In this document: positions 39,556-53,768 of the stretch, in pieces
Layout of the letters: every line of letters starts with the position of its first letter
Numbering within the stretch: the stretch's first letter is position 1
NCBI RefSeq assembly: GCF_009834535.1
Contig: NC_045697.1
Location: 14,882,001 to 14,946,000 of the forward strand
DNA length: 64,000 nt
Direction: 5' to 3'
Source: Camelus ferus
Taxonomy: Eukaryota
Notes under the pieces: generated by a model
Seen by the model: only the letters and a program-made list of their open reading frames with translations
What the model was told of the DNA's origin: nothing
Database searches by the model: none
Program-made: the position numbers and the translations under genes

Positions 39556-42399
39556 GAGTTTTTGTAACATTGTTGAAAGTAGAATTTATTAGCCTTGTTT
39601 TAAATAATAAGACTGAAGCACAGAGATGAGTTTTCATAGCCTGCATGTTAGAACCTGAAAACTTGAAGGTCAAACTTTAGCTGTCAGCCTCTTGTGTTTG
39701 CCATTAGAGTCCAGGACAAAGTGAGTGTGTGTGTCCCTCTCCCTAAACAAACTGCCCCCACCGCCTTATTCTTCTTTGTGGTCACGCCCCCGCTTTCCTT
39801 GCCTCCCCTAACAAAGCCAGGCAGGACTCTGCACCAGGCATTGCTCTAGGGGCTCAGGGTGCAACAGCGGCCTGAACATAGCCCCTGACCCCAAGAGATG
39901 TACCAGCAGAGTCCTTGTCGCCAGGAGTTTCTCACTTGAATAATATTTGTTGAATAAAATTTTTAAAAATCAATGTGTGTTTTTAAAATATCAGTGCTAC
40001 AGCTCTGATCCATGGCTGGGATATAATGAATTAGAGTCCTGTGATTTATCTTGACTGTATTCCTGGAGCCAATTACTCTTTAGTTTGTCTGTTCAGGTTT
40101 CTTCTCCTTTTGCAAACAACTGTCTTCGCTAAACTTTCCCCAGCTCCCTAGGGCAACTTCGCATTGCCAAGCTATTTCTCACTACTGTGCCTGACACCCC
40201 TGGCTTAGTGTCTGAAGCAAAGGTAATGAGCTCATATTACAGTCTCTCCTCTGGGTGTTGATAAAAATATTAAATCTAGGGACGAAGACCAAATCTCATT
40301 GAATGCCACTGACTTTTCTTACATTCTGAAGTTAAAAGCAGCCACTCTCTAGGTAGAACATCCCAGTCAACAACATATCAACCAATACATATATCCCTCC
40401 ACAGCTTAACAAAGCATGTCATGGGGCAAAACCAGCAGCCTAGCTGTGAAGGAAGGCGAGCGTTTATGTAGCTCTCCTTGACGCTCCAATCCTGTTCATT
40501 CACGACAGGAAGACACTGTGCTATTTGAAAAATTATTATGTTAGTTCTTACCAGGATATCTGAGAAATATTAGTAAATGTGTGTAATAATTAATTTCCTC
40601 TAAGTGCACTGTGTAGAGCTGAATACATCCAAAATATATCAAAATATGACTTCTTAGAAAAACATTTGCTATTCTTCTTTTTGTAAATGGCATTCAGTTT
40701 TCTATTTTTTCTCTTTCTGCTGTTTCTATTTGATATGTCTTTTTTTAACCCCATGATCTGACTAACTTTCCATTTATGAAACATTTCAAATTAATATCAA
40801 AAGACTCAGAGTTTTTGGTTATTTTCATTGTGTGTTTGTTTGTTTATTTATTGGGTCCTCTGTTATTTCTTAGGTAGTCTGTGTCTCAAAAGAAAGTCCA
40901 TGTCCTTTTTCTACCTAGGACTTGAGCCTTCAGAAATTTTCAAGGCTGTTCTGCTTGATGTCCCCGCGTCTGGCACATGTTACCTTTGTTTCACCATCCC
41001 AGCTAAGACCTAAATAACAACTTCCTGCTTGCTGCTCCATGATAAAATAGGGTGATAAAGCCAACTCTCTAATGCCTGAAAGTACAATTTTCCTTGGTGT
41101 CGTCTACAGTGTAGTATCACAAAATCTATATTGTGTAGAAAAACTATCATCTGTAAAGGAGCACAATTCTCCTTAATGGAAGGGAAATTAACGAAGCAGA
41201 ACAAAACAAAAACACATCAAAGGTTTAGCAATAAAAGGATGTTTTCCAAGGCAATGAAGGAGTGAAGACATAAAGATCAGCTGGCTCCCCAGGTGGCTAC
41301 CACTCAGATTCTAAACACAAACGCTGCTTTCTCCTAAAACTTTGACACAGAATAATCTTGAATTTTGTCATCTCTCATTCCCTCTTAGGATAGGAATGTC
41401 CAAGAGAAAGCAAGACAGTGAATGTAATAATGATAAGCAATGTGGCTTTCAATACAGGTTTCCGATCTTTCTACCTTGATCATAGGGTCTCTCAATTCAA
41501 TCTGAATCCCTGATACATTTCTGAAGGAGAGCCTTATGTTAGTATGTTCAGCAGAATTAGATTATCTAGATGGTGATATCTTATAGGGAAAAGATAACTG
41601 GACTTCAGAGTTAGGTACTTTGAGTTCAAGTTTCAACATTTCCACCTACCTTGCTCAGTTTTCTAATTTTAAAATAAAACTCGTTAATTAATTACATTAT
41701 TTAAAAATTAATTTTAAAATAATTATTACCGTACTTCCAAAAATACATAATGACTACAATATGCCAGTCACTTTTTTAGGTGCAGATGATATTTTGGTGC
41801 AGTGGATGACCTGTAAGGCCTTTTGGCATTTCCCTTTAGAGACTGTCGAACCAGACCTCTGAACCTTTACATAAGCTTCTGTGATTTAAAAGGAACAGAA
41901 ACATGGACAAGCCCAGTTTCCACAGGACATGCGTCAACCAGAAGACATTCACTCTTACCAACTCCTGTTCTTTGTATTATCCAGTCAATCTCATCCTGCC
42001 ACCACCCAAAAATAACAAAAGATGAAGCAAAATATAAAGTACCTAAAGGCAAGCCTTGTAGGATGGAATGTAGTAAGTCATGACAATAAATTAAAAATAA
42101 TTTGCTCAGCATTGGTCGAATATTTAAGTCTATGGAAGGGCACATGTGTCTGACATGGTTCTTGTTCTCAAAAAGAAAAACTCACATGGAATCAGTAATG
42201 GATGCTAAAGGGGACATATGATTGAGTGTGAACAGTGTGGCTAAGATTCTAAAGCTACAGAATTTAAAAGAAGACCACATGAACCAGGACTGACTTCATG
42301 AAGGAAGACAGCACTTGTGCCAGTTTATAAGCATAAAGGTTTGTCTTTAAAACATAAACACACATGCATATATCTACATATATAATTATGTAACCTCAA

Positions 42400-43660
42400 T
42401 ATGTTTATCATATAAGGTGAAAATCATATAAAAATAAAAGCATTAAATAGAGCATTGAGTAAAACAATTAACTCAAAGTGAAGATACAGTTTCACATATA
42501 TTTGTAGAAAAAAACATTGAAAATAAGTATTGAATTAATGACAGAGAAAATATTTACAAAATAAGAAAACTATTTAAAATCATAAAACAGAAAATAAAAT
42601 AAACTTAGAAAAGCTGAATTACGTAAAGAGTCAGTTATTTGAAATTATCAATAACAAACAAAAACATAAACGATATTAGGAATAAGAAATAGTACAGAAT
42701 TTGAACACAAAGAGACTTTCACACTTTATAACAATATATAAACTTAAGTGGTCAAATTTTGAAACAGGTGAAATAAATGGTTTTATTGGAAACAAAATGA
42801 CCCAAAACTTTAGAAAATCTCAATAGACTAAGAATTATGTAAGAAATCTTTTCAAAGTCATATAGTCATATCCTACTGAATCTTTAAAAAACACTTGAGT
42901 AAAATGTTTTCAAGAGAAAAGTGGAGTCAAATTTTCAAAAATCAACGATTTCCTAAGTTAATAAATAGGAGAGATGGACAAATTCCCAGTTCATTTACTC
43001 CCACAAACGAAGTCTAACTCTGATACCAAAAATAGATAAACAAAATAAACCCAAACAAAACAGACAGCGGTAGCTAAAACAAAAACAAAAAAGTAGAAAA
43101 CCAAATTTTTTACCTGTAGATTAAAAAAATTCTATGTAAAATAGAAAACAAAAATCTTAATAGGGTTATAAAACAAAGAATCTTCCTTAACTTGATAAAA
43201 GAGTAATTAAAAGAACCTCATCAAAACATCATACTTAACAATGATAAGTCACTAGAAGCAGTCAGTTTCACTAAAGTGGCAAGAATAGTTGTTCACATCA
43301 AACTAGGCCAATGAAAAACTTAGAATTAATAAGGTTGAATAAGGTAGTAAGGTAAAAAATAATCATTCCAAAAGCTCTAATTTTGTATAACTCAGCAATA
43401 ATCAAATAGAGAATATATAAAAATATCCAGAATGCAATACAAAATCTATAAAACATGTAGGAATAAGCCTAATTAAAATAATTAAAGACCCACATGCAGA
43501 AATCTATAGAACATAAATGGAGAACATAAAAGAAGGCCTAAATAATGGAAAGACATATAATATTCCTACTGGGGACACTCAGTGTTGTAGAGATGTGAGT
43601 TACCTACCTCCCTAGTAATTCATAAATTTTTCACAATCCTGAAAAAATCCCAAGGGATCT
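42400..43660 (+). mobile_element. Highly decayed ancient L1 ORF2 fragment (appears to resume at ~46260-46430)
   Basis: A-rich L1-like motifs: ttatttgaaattatcaataa, ctcaatagac, ctgataccaaaa, cttaacttgataaa, taggaataagcctaa, aatggaaagacat. Confidence 0.65.
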
Positions 43661-43701
43661 GTTTTATTGCATAAGCCATCCCCTCTTAAAAATGGGCTGA
43701 T

Positions 43702-45899
43702 ACAACATAATACTCAGTGGTGAAAAGTCAAAAGCCTTCTTGCTAAAATCTGGAACAAGACAAGGATGCTCATTCTCACCACTTCTATTCAACATAGTTT
43801 TGGAAGTCTTAACCATAGCAATCAGATCAGAAAAGAAATAAAAGGGATCCAAACTGGAAGAGAAGAGGTAAAATTGTCACTATATGTGGATGATGTGATA
43901 CTATATACAGAAAACCCTAAAGGTTCCACACAAAAACTACTAGAGCTGATAAAAGAATTTGGAAAGGTAGCAGGATACAAAATTTACACTCAGAAATCAG
44001 CTGCATTTCTTTACACTAACAATGAAGCATCAGAAACAGAAAGAAGCAATCCTTTTTAAAATTACATCAAAAAAAAAAAAAAAAAAAACTTAGGAATAAA
44101 CTTGACCAAGGAGGTGGAAGACTTCCAAGCAGAGTTTCAAAACATTGATTAAGGAAATTAAAGATAATTTAAGGAAATGGAAAGATACCTCATGCTCTTG
44201 GATTGGAAGATTAATATTGTTAAAATGGTCACACTACCCAAAGCAATCTACAGATTTAATGTGATCCTCATCAAATTACCGAGGACATTTTTCACAGAAC
44301 TAGAACAAATAATCCTAAAATTTATATGGAATCACAAAAGACACAGAATTGCCAAAGCAACACTGAAGAAAAAGAATGAAACTGGAGGAATAGCCCTGTC
44401 AGACTTCAGACTATACTATGGAGCTACAATAACCAAAACAGCATGATATTGGCACAAAAACAGAAATATGGATCAATGCAACAGAAGAGAGAGCCCAGAA
44501 ATAAATCGACACACTTACAGTCAATTAATATTTGACAAGGGAGGCAAGAATATACAATGGAGAAAAGATAGTCTCTTCAGCAAGTGGTGTTGGGAAAGTT
44601 GGACATGTAAGTCAATGAAGTTAGAACACTCCCTCAAACCATACACAAAAATAAACTCAAAATGGCTTAAATACTTAAACATAAGACAAGATATGATAAA
44701 CTCCCTAAAAGAAAACATAGGCAAAACATTTTCTGACATATATCTTAGCAATGTTCTCCTGGAGCAGTCTACTCAGGCAACAGAAATAAAAGCAAAATAA
44801 ACAAATGGGACCTAATTAAATCTATAAGCTTTTGCAAGGCAAGGGAAACCATAAGCAAAACAAAAAGACAACCTATGGAATGGGAGAAAATATTTGCAAA
44901 TGATGTGACTGACAAGGGCTTAATTTCCAGAATATACAAACAGCTCATACAACTTACTATCAACAACCAAAAAAACCATCCAAAAGTGAGCAGAAGACCT
45001 AAACAAGCAATTCTCCAATGAAGACATACAAATGGCCAACAGGCACATGAAAAAATGCTCAATATCACTAATTATCAGAGAAACACAAGTCAAAACTACA
45101 ATGAGGTATCACCTCACAGCAGTCAGAATGGCCATCATTTAAAAAAAACCACAAATGATAAATGCTGGAGAGGCTTTGGAGAAAAGGGAACCTTCCTACA
45201 ATGTTGATGGGAATGTAGTTTGGTGCAGCCATTGTGGAAAACAGTATGGAGATATCTTTAAAAAAACTAAAAATATTTACCATATGATCCAGCAATTCCA
45301 CTCCTGGGCATATATCCAGAGGAAACTCTAATTCAAAAAGATACATGTACCCCAATGTTCACAGCAGCACTATTTACAATCATCAAGAGATGGAAACAAT
45401 CTAAATGTCCACTGACAGATGACTAGATTAAGAAGCTGTAGTGTCTTTATACAATGGAATACTACTCAATCACAAAAAGACTAAAATAATAAATAGCAAT
45501 ATGGATGAACCTGGAAATCATCATTTATGTAAAGTAAGCCAGAAAGAGAAAGAAAAAAATTCCATATAATATCACTTACATGTGGAATCTTAAATTTAAA
45601 AAAAGACACAAGTGAACTTATTTACAAAACAGAAACAGACTCACAGACATAAAAAACAAACATATGGTTACTAGTGGGGAAAGGGGGTGGGAAGGGATAA
45701 ATTGGGATTTTGAGATTTGCAAATACTAACTACTAAATATAAAATAGATAACAACAAGAAGTTTCTACCGTATAGCACAGGGAACTATATTCAGTATCTT
45801 GTAGTAACCTATAATGAAAAAGAACATGAAAAGGAATATATGTATGTATATGTGTGACTGAAACATGATGCTGTACACCAGAAATTGACACAACATTGT
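43702..45899 (+). mobile_element. 5'-truncated lineage-specific LINE-1 (older sister subfamily) lacking poly(A) and TSD
   Basis: RT motifs [13 protein letters not shown] and [11 protein letters not shown] (43883-43894), [17 protein letters not shown]; several frameshifts; the 3' UTR ends abruptly at gacacaacattgt. Confidence 0.93.
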
Positions 45900-46260
45900 G
45901 GAGGGTAGGGAACTCCCTGGGAGAGAAGATGGGAGAGGGGTTTGCCTAAGTGAGGTCACTCAGCAGCCCTGGGGGTCTGAGTACTCTGAAGGGCAGCAGG
46001 TAATAGTGTCTTTTATAGCACTGGAGTTTGTCTTATTTATGTCTTATAGAGGTGGGTACAGTTTTGTGGGGAATGCAAAGCAGACAGTCTCTAAATGGCT
46101 AAAAATATGCTTATTAGGGTTATATTTAAAACAATTGGATGTGTAAAAATTGGAGTTTGGTGCTGGTGGGCTTTTAAACTAATGGATCCCACCCTGCTTC
46201 TGAAGTGAAAAAAAACTTAGGGCCGACATACAGAAACCACCTCTACCTCACTTTTTTTCA
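45900..46260. mobile_element. Ancient ERV-type LTR remnant (other end probably 43665-43701)
   Basis: GC-richer non-L1 segment (cagacagtctctaaatggctaaaaatatgcttatt...gagtttggtgc) interrupting the old L1. Family not identified. Confidence 0.5.
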
Positions 46261-46594
46261 TATTATATATTTAGGCATACATCTTAGAGTCAATAAACTA
46301 TGAAAAAATATTATTAGAAATATAGGAGAATAAATTTATAATATTAGGGTGAATAAAGCCTAAACCTAGAAGTCATATTTTTTTAAATGAGGTTGAATTT
46401 ACCACATAAAATCTTTAAAGTTGTATATGAAGATTAATAATAATAGCTAATGTTTATATAGCATTTATAATAATGCTAATGTACACTGACTTATTTAATT
46501 TTCATTCCAATTTATGAGCTAGCTACAGCATGAGTCCTATTTTACAGTTAATTAAATAACTAATTATATAACACACGAACACTGAGTTGACATG

Positions 46595-46760
46595 TAGGAC
46601 TGCCATGTAAAGTCATATACATTGCATACTGCACAACTTCACTGGTGTGTGTGTTTTTTTAGGGATGGAGGGGATGGCATCTTCACAGACTCTGATGTGA
46701 ATTGTACCCTCTAGGGTGGTACTGCATACAAGTCACATAACTGAACTTGGCAGTTTTCTA
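46595..46760. mobile_element. MER91A-like hAT-Tip100 MITE
   Basis: taggactgcca ... tggcagttttcta ends with internal actgcacaact and cacagactctgatgtgaat. Confidence 0.7.
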
Positions 46761-47019
46761 GAGTTTCTATATTCATTAAGGTCTTCTCTACCTCCATACC
46801 TAATAAGCTACAGTCCCTACAGAACTGCCCTCCCCCATCTATCTCATGAACATGTGCTTAGCATTCAACAGTCAATCCAAAGATCATTATCTCCAAAAGG
46901 TCCTTCCTGTCCCAATCCTGGCACCTACAACAAGATAAAACTGACCTCTGTCTTTTCCATCCTCCCATGGTTCTTCCACACACAACTCTTACCACAACGT
47001 TAATTTACATCCTGCTCAC

Positions 47020-47155
47020 TTATATGCACATTTGGCTCCCCTACCAGATTGCAAGCTGCTTGAGCTCAGGAATTCTTATGTATCTTTGCATAAATGGTTC
47101 CTGGCACCGGGATTGGTACATGGTGAGTATTTAATAAATATTTGTTGAATAAATA
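47020..47155 (+). mobile_element. L2 3' end
   Basis: ccagattgcaagctgcttgag...tggtacatggtgagtatttaataaatatttgttgaataaat. Confidence 0.75.
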
Positions 47156-48959
47156 ACAAGATCCAGAGATATTCTACTGGATAACAATCTGCAAGGTATC
47201 ACTTCTTTGTTCCTGTTCAGTGATATTATCAATTATTTACTTGAGGGCATAGAATTGAAAGCATTTGAAGTCGTCTTATCACACATTAATTAGCAAGGAG
47301 GCAGTTTTCAGCTATAAAATCTTTACAGTTAGCAAAACACTCCTATCAGCATTTACTATTAAACATTATAGACAAATACTGCAATATTAAGTTTTGTGGC
47401 AGTGCAAATAAAAGTGTTAGTAACATAATTACCACTGCGTTTTTTTAGAATTATTAAGTGCTAACACTTACTCTATTTAAACCATTCAAATACTCCTCCT
47501 TGCCCAAAGTCCAAAATTCTTAATGTGGCCTAGAATGCTGTTTGTAACCTGGCCTCAGTCTATCTCTCCAAGTTTTCCCTCCCCCAGCCCCCCCCACTCC
47601 CCACGTTCAGGTACGCCACACAGTACATAAGCCACATAGTCAGACACTCCCCAACTTGAAACTGCAATTTGAAATTGCCCTGATCCAATCTCAGTTCCTT
47701 AAATCATCCCTCAACTTCATGCTGTGGCATATTCTGTCACCTCAGCCAAGAATATCCTTCCTACTCTTGTTGGACTTCAAGCTGTTATTCCTGACATAGT
47801 TTCTTCTTCAAAGCTACATCACCTTTTCTGTGAAACCTCATCCTCCAGCCCCAGCAGAATCATGGGCTCCTTCCCTGCAACTGTCCTGGTCCAGGGTATA
47901 AAACTCCATGGTGTTTATCTCAGTATTTGTAGTTGTTTATTTGTCATATTTCTCATTATCTTTCACCTCTTTGAAAGCAAGAACTGTCTTGCTTATTCAT
48001 GAATCCCTAGTAGCCAAGACAAATAGCGATGGCAGTCACATAACAGTAACTTAACAAGCAAGTGATGAAGGAGCAAACTGGAGAGTCTGATTTAGGTCTG
48101 TCCCCAGTCACTAGTTTTGTGAAAAGTTCACCTTAGAAAAAGCTCACTACTGCCTTCCATAGCTGCACCAAGCCTGGAATTTGGTTTTTACATTATTTAT
48201 TTTTCCTCCTGTGGCATAGGAGGGAAACTCACAGGAAGAGTAGCAGGAAAATCAACCTTTCTCTATTTTATCCATGCCTGTTCCTCACACAGCCGGCCAC
48301 CTCTGGACAGCTTCCTGGTACCAGAGCAGCAGAAATAAGCTGCATTTATTTGCTTTCTTTTCTACTAGCTCTGGTGCTTTTTAATCATTACAAGAATCTT
48401 TTGGGCAGTACAGCACTGGAATGACCCGATGTGTGTCTCCTACTCTTTCTCACAGTGACTTATTCAGTTGCTTTCTCACTGCTGTGGATGGGAGCTGCAG
48501 GCAGTGCAGAGACTTAGAAATATGCTTTGGGCTTGGATTAGGACACAGACTTAATAATTCCATGACTCAAAAGCAACCTCCAAGATAAAAGCTGAATTTA
48601 TAAATTGAAAGATGCTCTGAACACAGGAGATAAGAAATAACTTACATATTTTAGGTGGTTTTCATGTTTTATCTCTCTATCCCCCCAGATCAAAGGAAAT
48701 GGAAAGATTCATCTCAAGAACCACCAGTGGAACTGGAAGCTCTCCTTAGATTTGCATTTTGTGCAATTCTAGCTCTTCCTAATTTATTGACTGGAAAATT
48801 ATTCATAGAAAATAGTAAAAGCCTTTTCTTTCCTTTCTAAAAGTCTACTTCACTTAGGACAATACTTCTCATTTGTGTCAGCCTAACTCTCATTCTAAAT
48901 ATTCTCCCCAAACTTTACCTTCCTCCCATTATGTCATTTTACATCAACTGTACCATTTT

Positions 48960-50210
48960 TAAAATTTTAAATAAAGTTTCTTTTAAATTTTTAGAGCAGT
49001 TTTACATTTATGTAAAAATTATGAAGGTAGTACAGAGAGTTCCCATAGACATTACACTCAATTCACCTTATTATTAACATCTTATATTTCTTTGGCATAC
49101 TTGTTACAATATTTATATATATTTATTAACTAAAGTCCATATTTTATTCAAATTTCCTTAGTTCTTCTCTAAAGTCTTTTTCTGTTCCAGGATCCCATCC
49201 AGGATACCAAATCACATTTACTTGTCATGTCTACTTAGGTTCCTCTTGGCTGTGACAGTTTTTCAGACTTTCTCTATTTTCGATACATTGTCTGTTTTGA
49301 GGAGTCCTGGTCAGGTATTTATACAATGACTCTCTATTAAAATTCATCATATATTTTTCTCATCAGATAGACTGGGGCTATGTATTTCCCTCTGAAGGAG
49401 GACTGCAATTTTCATCACATCATATCTAAGATGGATACTGTCAACATGACTTCTTCACGATCGATGTTAGCTCTGATTACCTGGCTGAGGTACCATTTGT
49501 CAGGTTTCTTCACTGTAAAATGATGCTTTTATTCCTTTCCTATACTGTTCCCTTTAGAAGGAAGTCATTATGTACAGCCGACACTTAAGGAATGGGGAGT
49601 TACAGTCCATCACTGGGAGGGCACAGTATCTACAAAATTTATCTGGGATTTTTCTGCATGGAGATTTGTCTATTCTCCTCCATTAATTTATTTCCTAATC
49701 ATTTATTTACTTCAGCATGGACATTTATTTTTAATGTTGAACTGTAATAAAACACCACATAATTTTGTTGCTCAAATTATTCCAGCTTTGGACATTGAGA
49801 GATAATTCAGTGGGCTTGTGTCTCTTTGACATCAACATAGTTTTTTTTTTTAATTTAGCATTTTCTTACTTTTTGGCAAGACAAGATAATCCAGGCTCAT
49901 CTTGTATATATCTGTTCAGTACTAGCATCAACCATTTCTCCAAGGAGCCCTGGTTCCTTTTACTGAAGAATGGTTATTGATTATCAAAATCTGGGCAATA
50001 GGTATGCTCATTGCTACTGGGGTGTCGTTGCTTCCAGGCCCACTCAGCTGACAGAATATATATACATCTGAATATTAATGCATGTATATACCCACATCTA
50101 TAGATATTTCTATATTTAGTTTCCTGTACCTATACCTATATTATGAGTTCATGCTGTTATGTCTGACTGTAATCCTTTGCCACATGGATTTTTCTAGCCT
50201 CTCTTATTTA
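48960..50210 (-). mobile_element. Ancient L1 3' UTR (L1MC/L1MD-like)
   Basis: ttttagagcagtttt...gtacagagagttccc...tctgttccaggatcccatccaggatacca...ccatttctccaaggagccctggttcctttta. Confidence 0.85.
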
Positions 50211-52934
50211 TGCAATTGTTAAAGCCTATTATTGTTAACCCATACACTTATGAAAAACAGCCCATCTACATTTCATTTCTAATTTTGGATTCTTCTTGAA
50301 CTTGGAAGAAATTGTGTAAGAAAAAAGGGGAGATAAATGTCAAGACAAGTTAAATGAGGCAAAAATAAAGGATCTGAGTCTGGTAAAGAAGCTCTGTACT
50401 AAGGGAGTTGTAGATCCAGGAAACATGCTAAAAATATGGAAGAAGGTATCTGAATTACTTTTAACTAGGTAAATTTTAATAGTAAATAAAACCAATAAAT
50501 CACAGTCATATAGGAAGCAGAGATTAAGATGTACACAAAGAGCCTGTGTGTTGGCAGTGGGCAAATGAACTCATATGAGGAGAAGACAGATTCCAGAGAA
50601 CAGAGAAAAGTAAAACCCTAATGATCAGTTAAGCAGCCAGAGGTTAGGAGATGTATTGAAAGTAAGGAAGCAGGGCTAGAGGGCTGGGATCTCAGAATCC
50701 AGACTTCGATGGCAAAGGAAGAACTGATGATATCTGGGCATAGGATCTCATCATTATTTTATTTCAGGGATTTTACATGGGTCCTGTGAAGAAAAGTCTA
50801 AGTATGGATGAATTAAAGTTTATAGGAAAAGATATGAAGAGCATTGCTTGGCTCAACTTAAATAATGTCCTTCAGGACCCAACAGAAAGCTGTCTCCCAA
50901 GAAGCCTTCTGAGGCTCATGGATAAGGTTTCTCATCTGTATCTCACAGCAGAATGTTCATACCCTTGTAGTTCTCATCACATATTGTCATTATTTGTTTG
51001 TATGTTTGTGAGCTAGAGAGTGAAGTCTGTGAGGGCAAGGACGAAGCCTTAGTTCCCTTTGATCAGCAGCACCTGGCACTGTGCTCGGCAACAAGCAGTA
51101 ACTCAGTACACGCTGAATAAATAGAACAAAGAGAAAATGAGAGTCCCAGACACTGATGGTTCATGAACAATGAGTTCAAAAAGACTCCCTCCAGCACTAA
51201 ATCAATGTCCTTCCAGCTGATTAAGAAGGTGGGCCCCTGGCATGATGATTTTTTTCCAATGACTTAAAAAAAAAAAACCTTTATTATTGCAATGTAGGTA
51301 ATTCAGTAACGTCTGAAATGACTAAAATTTATGATGAAAATAAATTATATTAGTGCATTTCATTAATCCTATTATTCTGCAGTCCCTTTAATGAGTAGCT
51401 CACTAGAATCTTACATCTTCATTTCTCAGGGAGGTGTAGCTAGGGGATTATACTATTAAGCATTTCAGTTGTGCTCTAATTTCTGCCTGATGCATTGAGA
51501 ATACATTTAATTGCATTATTCTTTTTCTGCAGACAATTCCAACTTTGGAAATTGCTTTGGTGATGCAAAGGCCTGGAGGGTAGATATTCTGAGTTTGTCC
51601 TCTAATTAAAAAGATGTCACTACTTTTCTCTACACTCAGAACATAGGCAGCTTTCATCACTGGGAGCTTTTATTCCCAAACTTTCCATCGGATGAGCTGA
51701 ACTGTATAAACAACAAGATTTTGACACATCCTCCCAGACTGGATGAAGAAAAATATGACATCCCAAAGTTCTTTGATTGGGAGAAAAAGTGAACTTTGAT
51801 AAGTTTTGTGAGACCTGCCATTTCTTGGCTGACTAGTTTATTTTTCAAACAGTTATTCTAGCTTGTGTGACCTTATATGATATATTTGAGGGTACAGAAT
51901 ACATGTAAAATGGTCTTTTTGCTCTGATAGTTATTTTTTATTTTGTGTCGGTAGGTAATGTACTTAAGAGAGAACTTTTGAAGTACATCCATTCTCATAA
52001 ACTTAGGGTTTTGGGGTGGTGACATGGAAAGTCATTTAGCTCCCTGGGCTTTTGCCAGCTCATCTGTGAAAAGTGGGTAGTATTAACTTGACTATATTCC
52101 TTATTTGAAGAAAGAAAGGTTTGAATAGCAGCTGAGATCTCTTTGAGGACTTGAATTTGGTAGGAGAGAAATCAGCTAATGCAATATTCATTTAATTTCC
52201 TAGAGTACAAATATCTCTGTGCTGACAGTCTCCCAACCTTACTCCATCCCCACCTCCAAAATTCATACACATAAAGACTTTTCTCTCTTAAGAGACTTTA
52301 AAATACTAAACACAGTAAGGCCGAAGGAAAAAACAAAAATAAAAACAAAACAGCTATGAACGTAGTTGGGAATATTAGAAACACGAATTAGCCAATACTC
52401 ATAAATCTCATTTAGGAAACAGAATTCCTAACAGATTAATTCATTTGAAGAGCCATTTAGAAAAACGACGGAAGTCAATAATGTGCACATTATCATTTAA
52501 TATTTGAAACATTCTTTGTTTTTACTTCACCTAAAACATAGTGGTTTTAGTTTTGGCCAGAAACAAGTGCCAGCTTACAGGCCGAGGCAAACAGAAAGAC
52601 CTGGCATTTATCATGGCTTCTCATGTCCTGGGTGCTTTATATATACATTAACGATGAAGGGAAAGTAGGGTGTGTGTTAGTGTATGTCTGAGTGAGTGGG
52701 AAGTTTGCTCAATTTGGAATTTTAAGAAGAGCCCACTCTGAAATGGTAACAACTGAATTAAGACCTAGAGTTCCACAGAAAGCGTACTCAAAGCAAAAAG
52801 AACAGCAGGTGCAAAGGCCTTAAAATGGGGGAAAAAAAATCTCCCCATTACTCTCCAATTTAAAGTAAAGTGAGGCTTATAAAATAAAAAGCATGATTAC
52901 AGGAAGGATGGCTTGAATGGAGATAGAATAAGCC

Positions 52935-53380
52935 AAGTGTGGCAGAGGCAGCCTAGCTATTGACCAAGGTCTCCTGTTCTTCCTCTTGGCACGTGTCAAG
53001 ACAAGACAATGCATCTCAGGCACTCCTGGGGTCAGGTCGGGCCTTGTGAATAAATGGTGACCAGTGGGCTCTGGTGGAAGTAATGGAAGCCAGGTCTGGA
53101 CCATAAAAACTTCCCAGCATGATCCTCCATGCTTTTCCTCCTTTGGCAACAATTTTGGAAGCCATGTGTTAAAGACTACAGAGCCACAGGATGAAAGAAA
53201 ACTGTGTCCCTGAAATGGCATTCAATACAGAGCTCTATGCTTATCAGAAATACCTACTGTGACTTTATAAAGGGCTAGAAATAAACTTTTGTTCTGACAA
53301 GCCACCTTCATTTGTTTTGGGATTTGCTTGTTAAAACAATGTTGCTTCAGCTAATGTGTTAGTGTTACCTTGATTAATAT
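52935..53380 (+). mobile_element. MaLR solo LTR (MLT1F-H-like)
   Basis: tgtggcagaggc...ggaagccatgtgttaaagac...agaaataaacttttgttctgacaagcc...tttgcttgtta. Confidence 0.65.
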
Positions 53381-53768
53381 GCTAAGATTCATTTGCTATA
53401 AGTTTGGGTGCTATTTTAAATAACATATTCAGAGTTAAACCACCAGCAACTCTGAAATCAAAAACTCAGGGAGGAATATTAGATGCAAGGAAATATTGAT
53501 TAGATGAAAAGAATAAAGATCATATACCTTGGGAAAAATCACAGAATCACAGAATCACTGGATAAAAGTTACTTTTTTCTAACTCTCTGGCACACAATCT
53601 TAGAAGTGGCCATTTTACCTCCAAGGACAGATTACCTGCTATAACTAAGGACAGTTAATTGTGATTTTGAACAAGAGTGTGATAGTTTGCTTTACAGTTG
53701 AAATGTAATTGCTATAATTTCCAACTTAAGTGGATGATCATAAAAAAAAAAGACTGAAATGGAAATAT

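Noticed and set aside
53537..53558. (aatcacag)x3 as a CR1/L3 3' tail
   Set aside because: It resembles the reverse of the (ATTCTRTG)n tail, but the adjacent sequence gives no supporting CR1 similarity.
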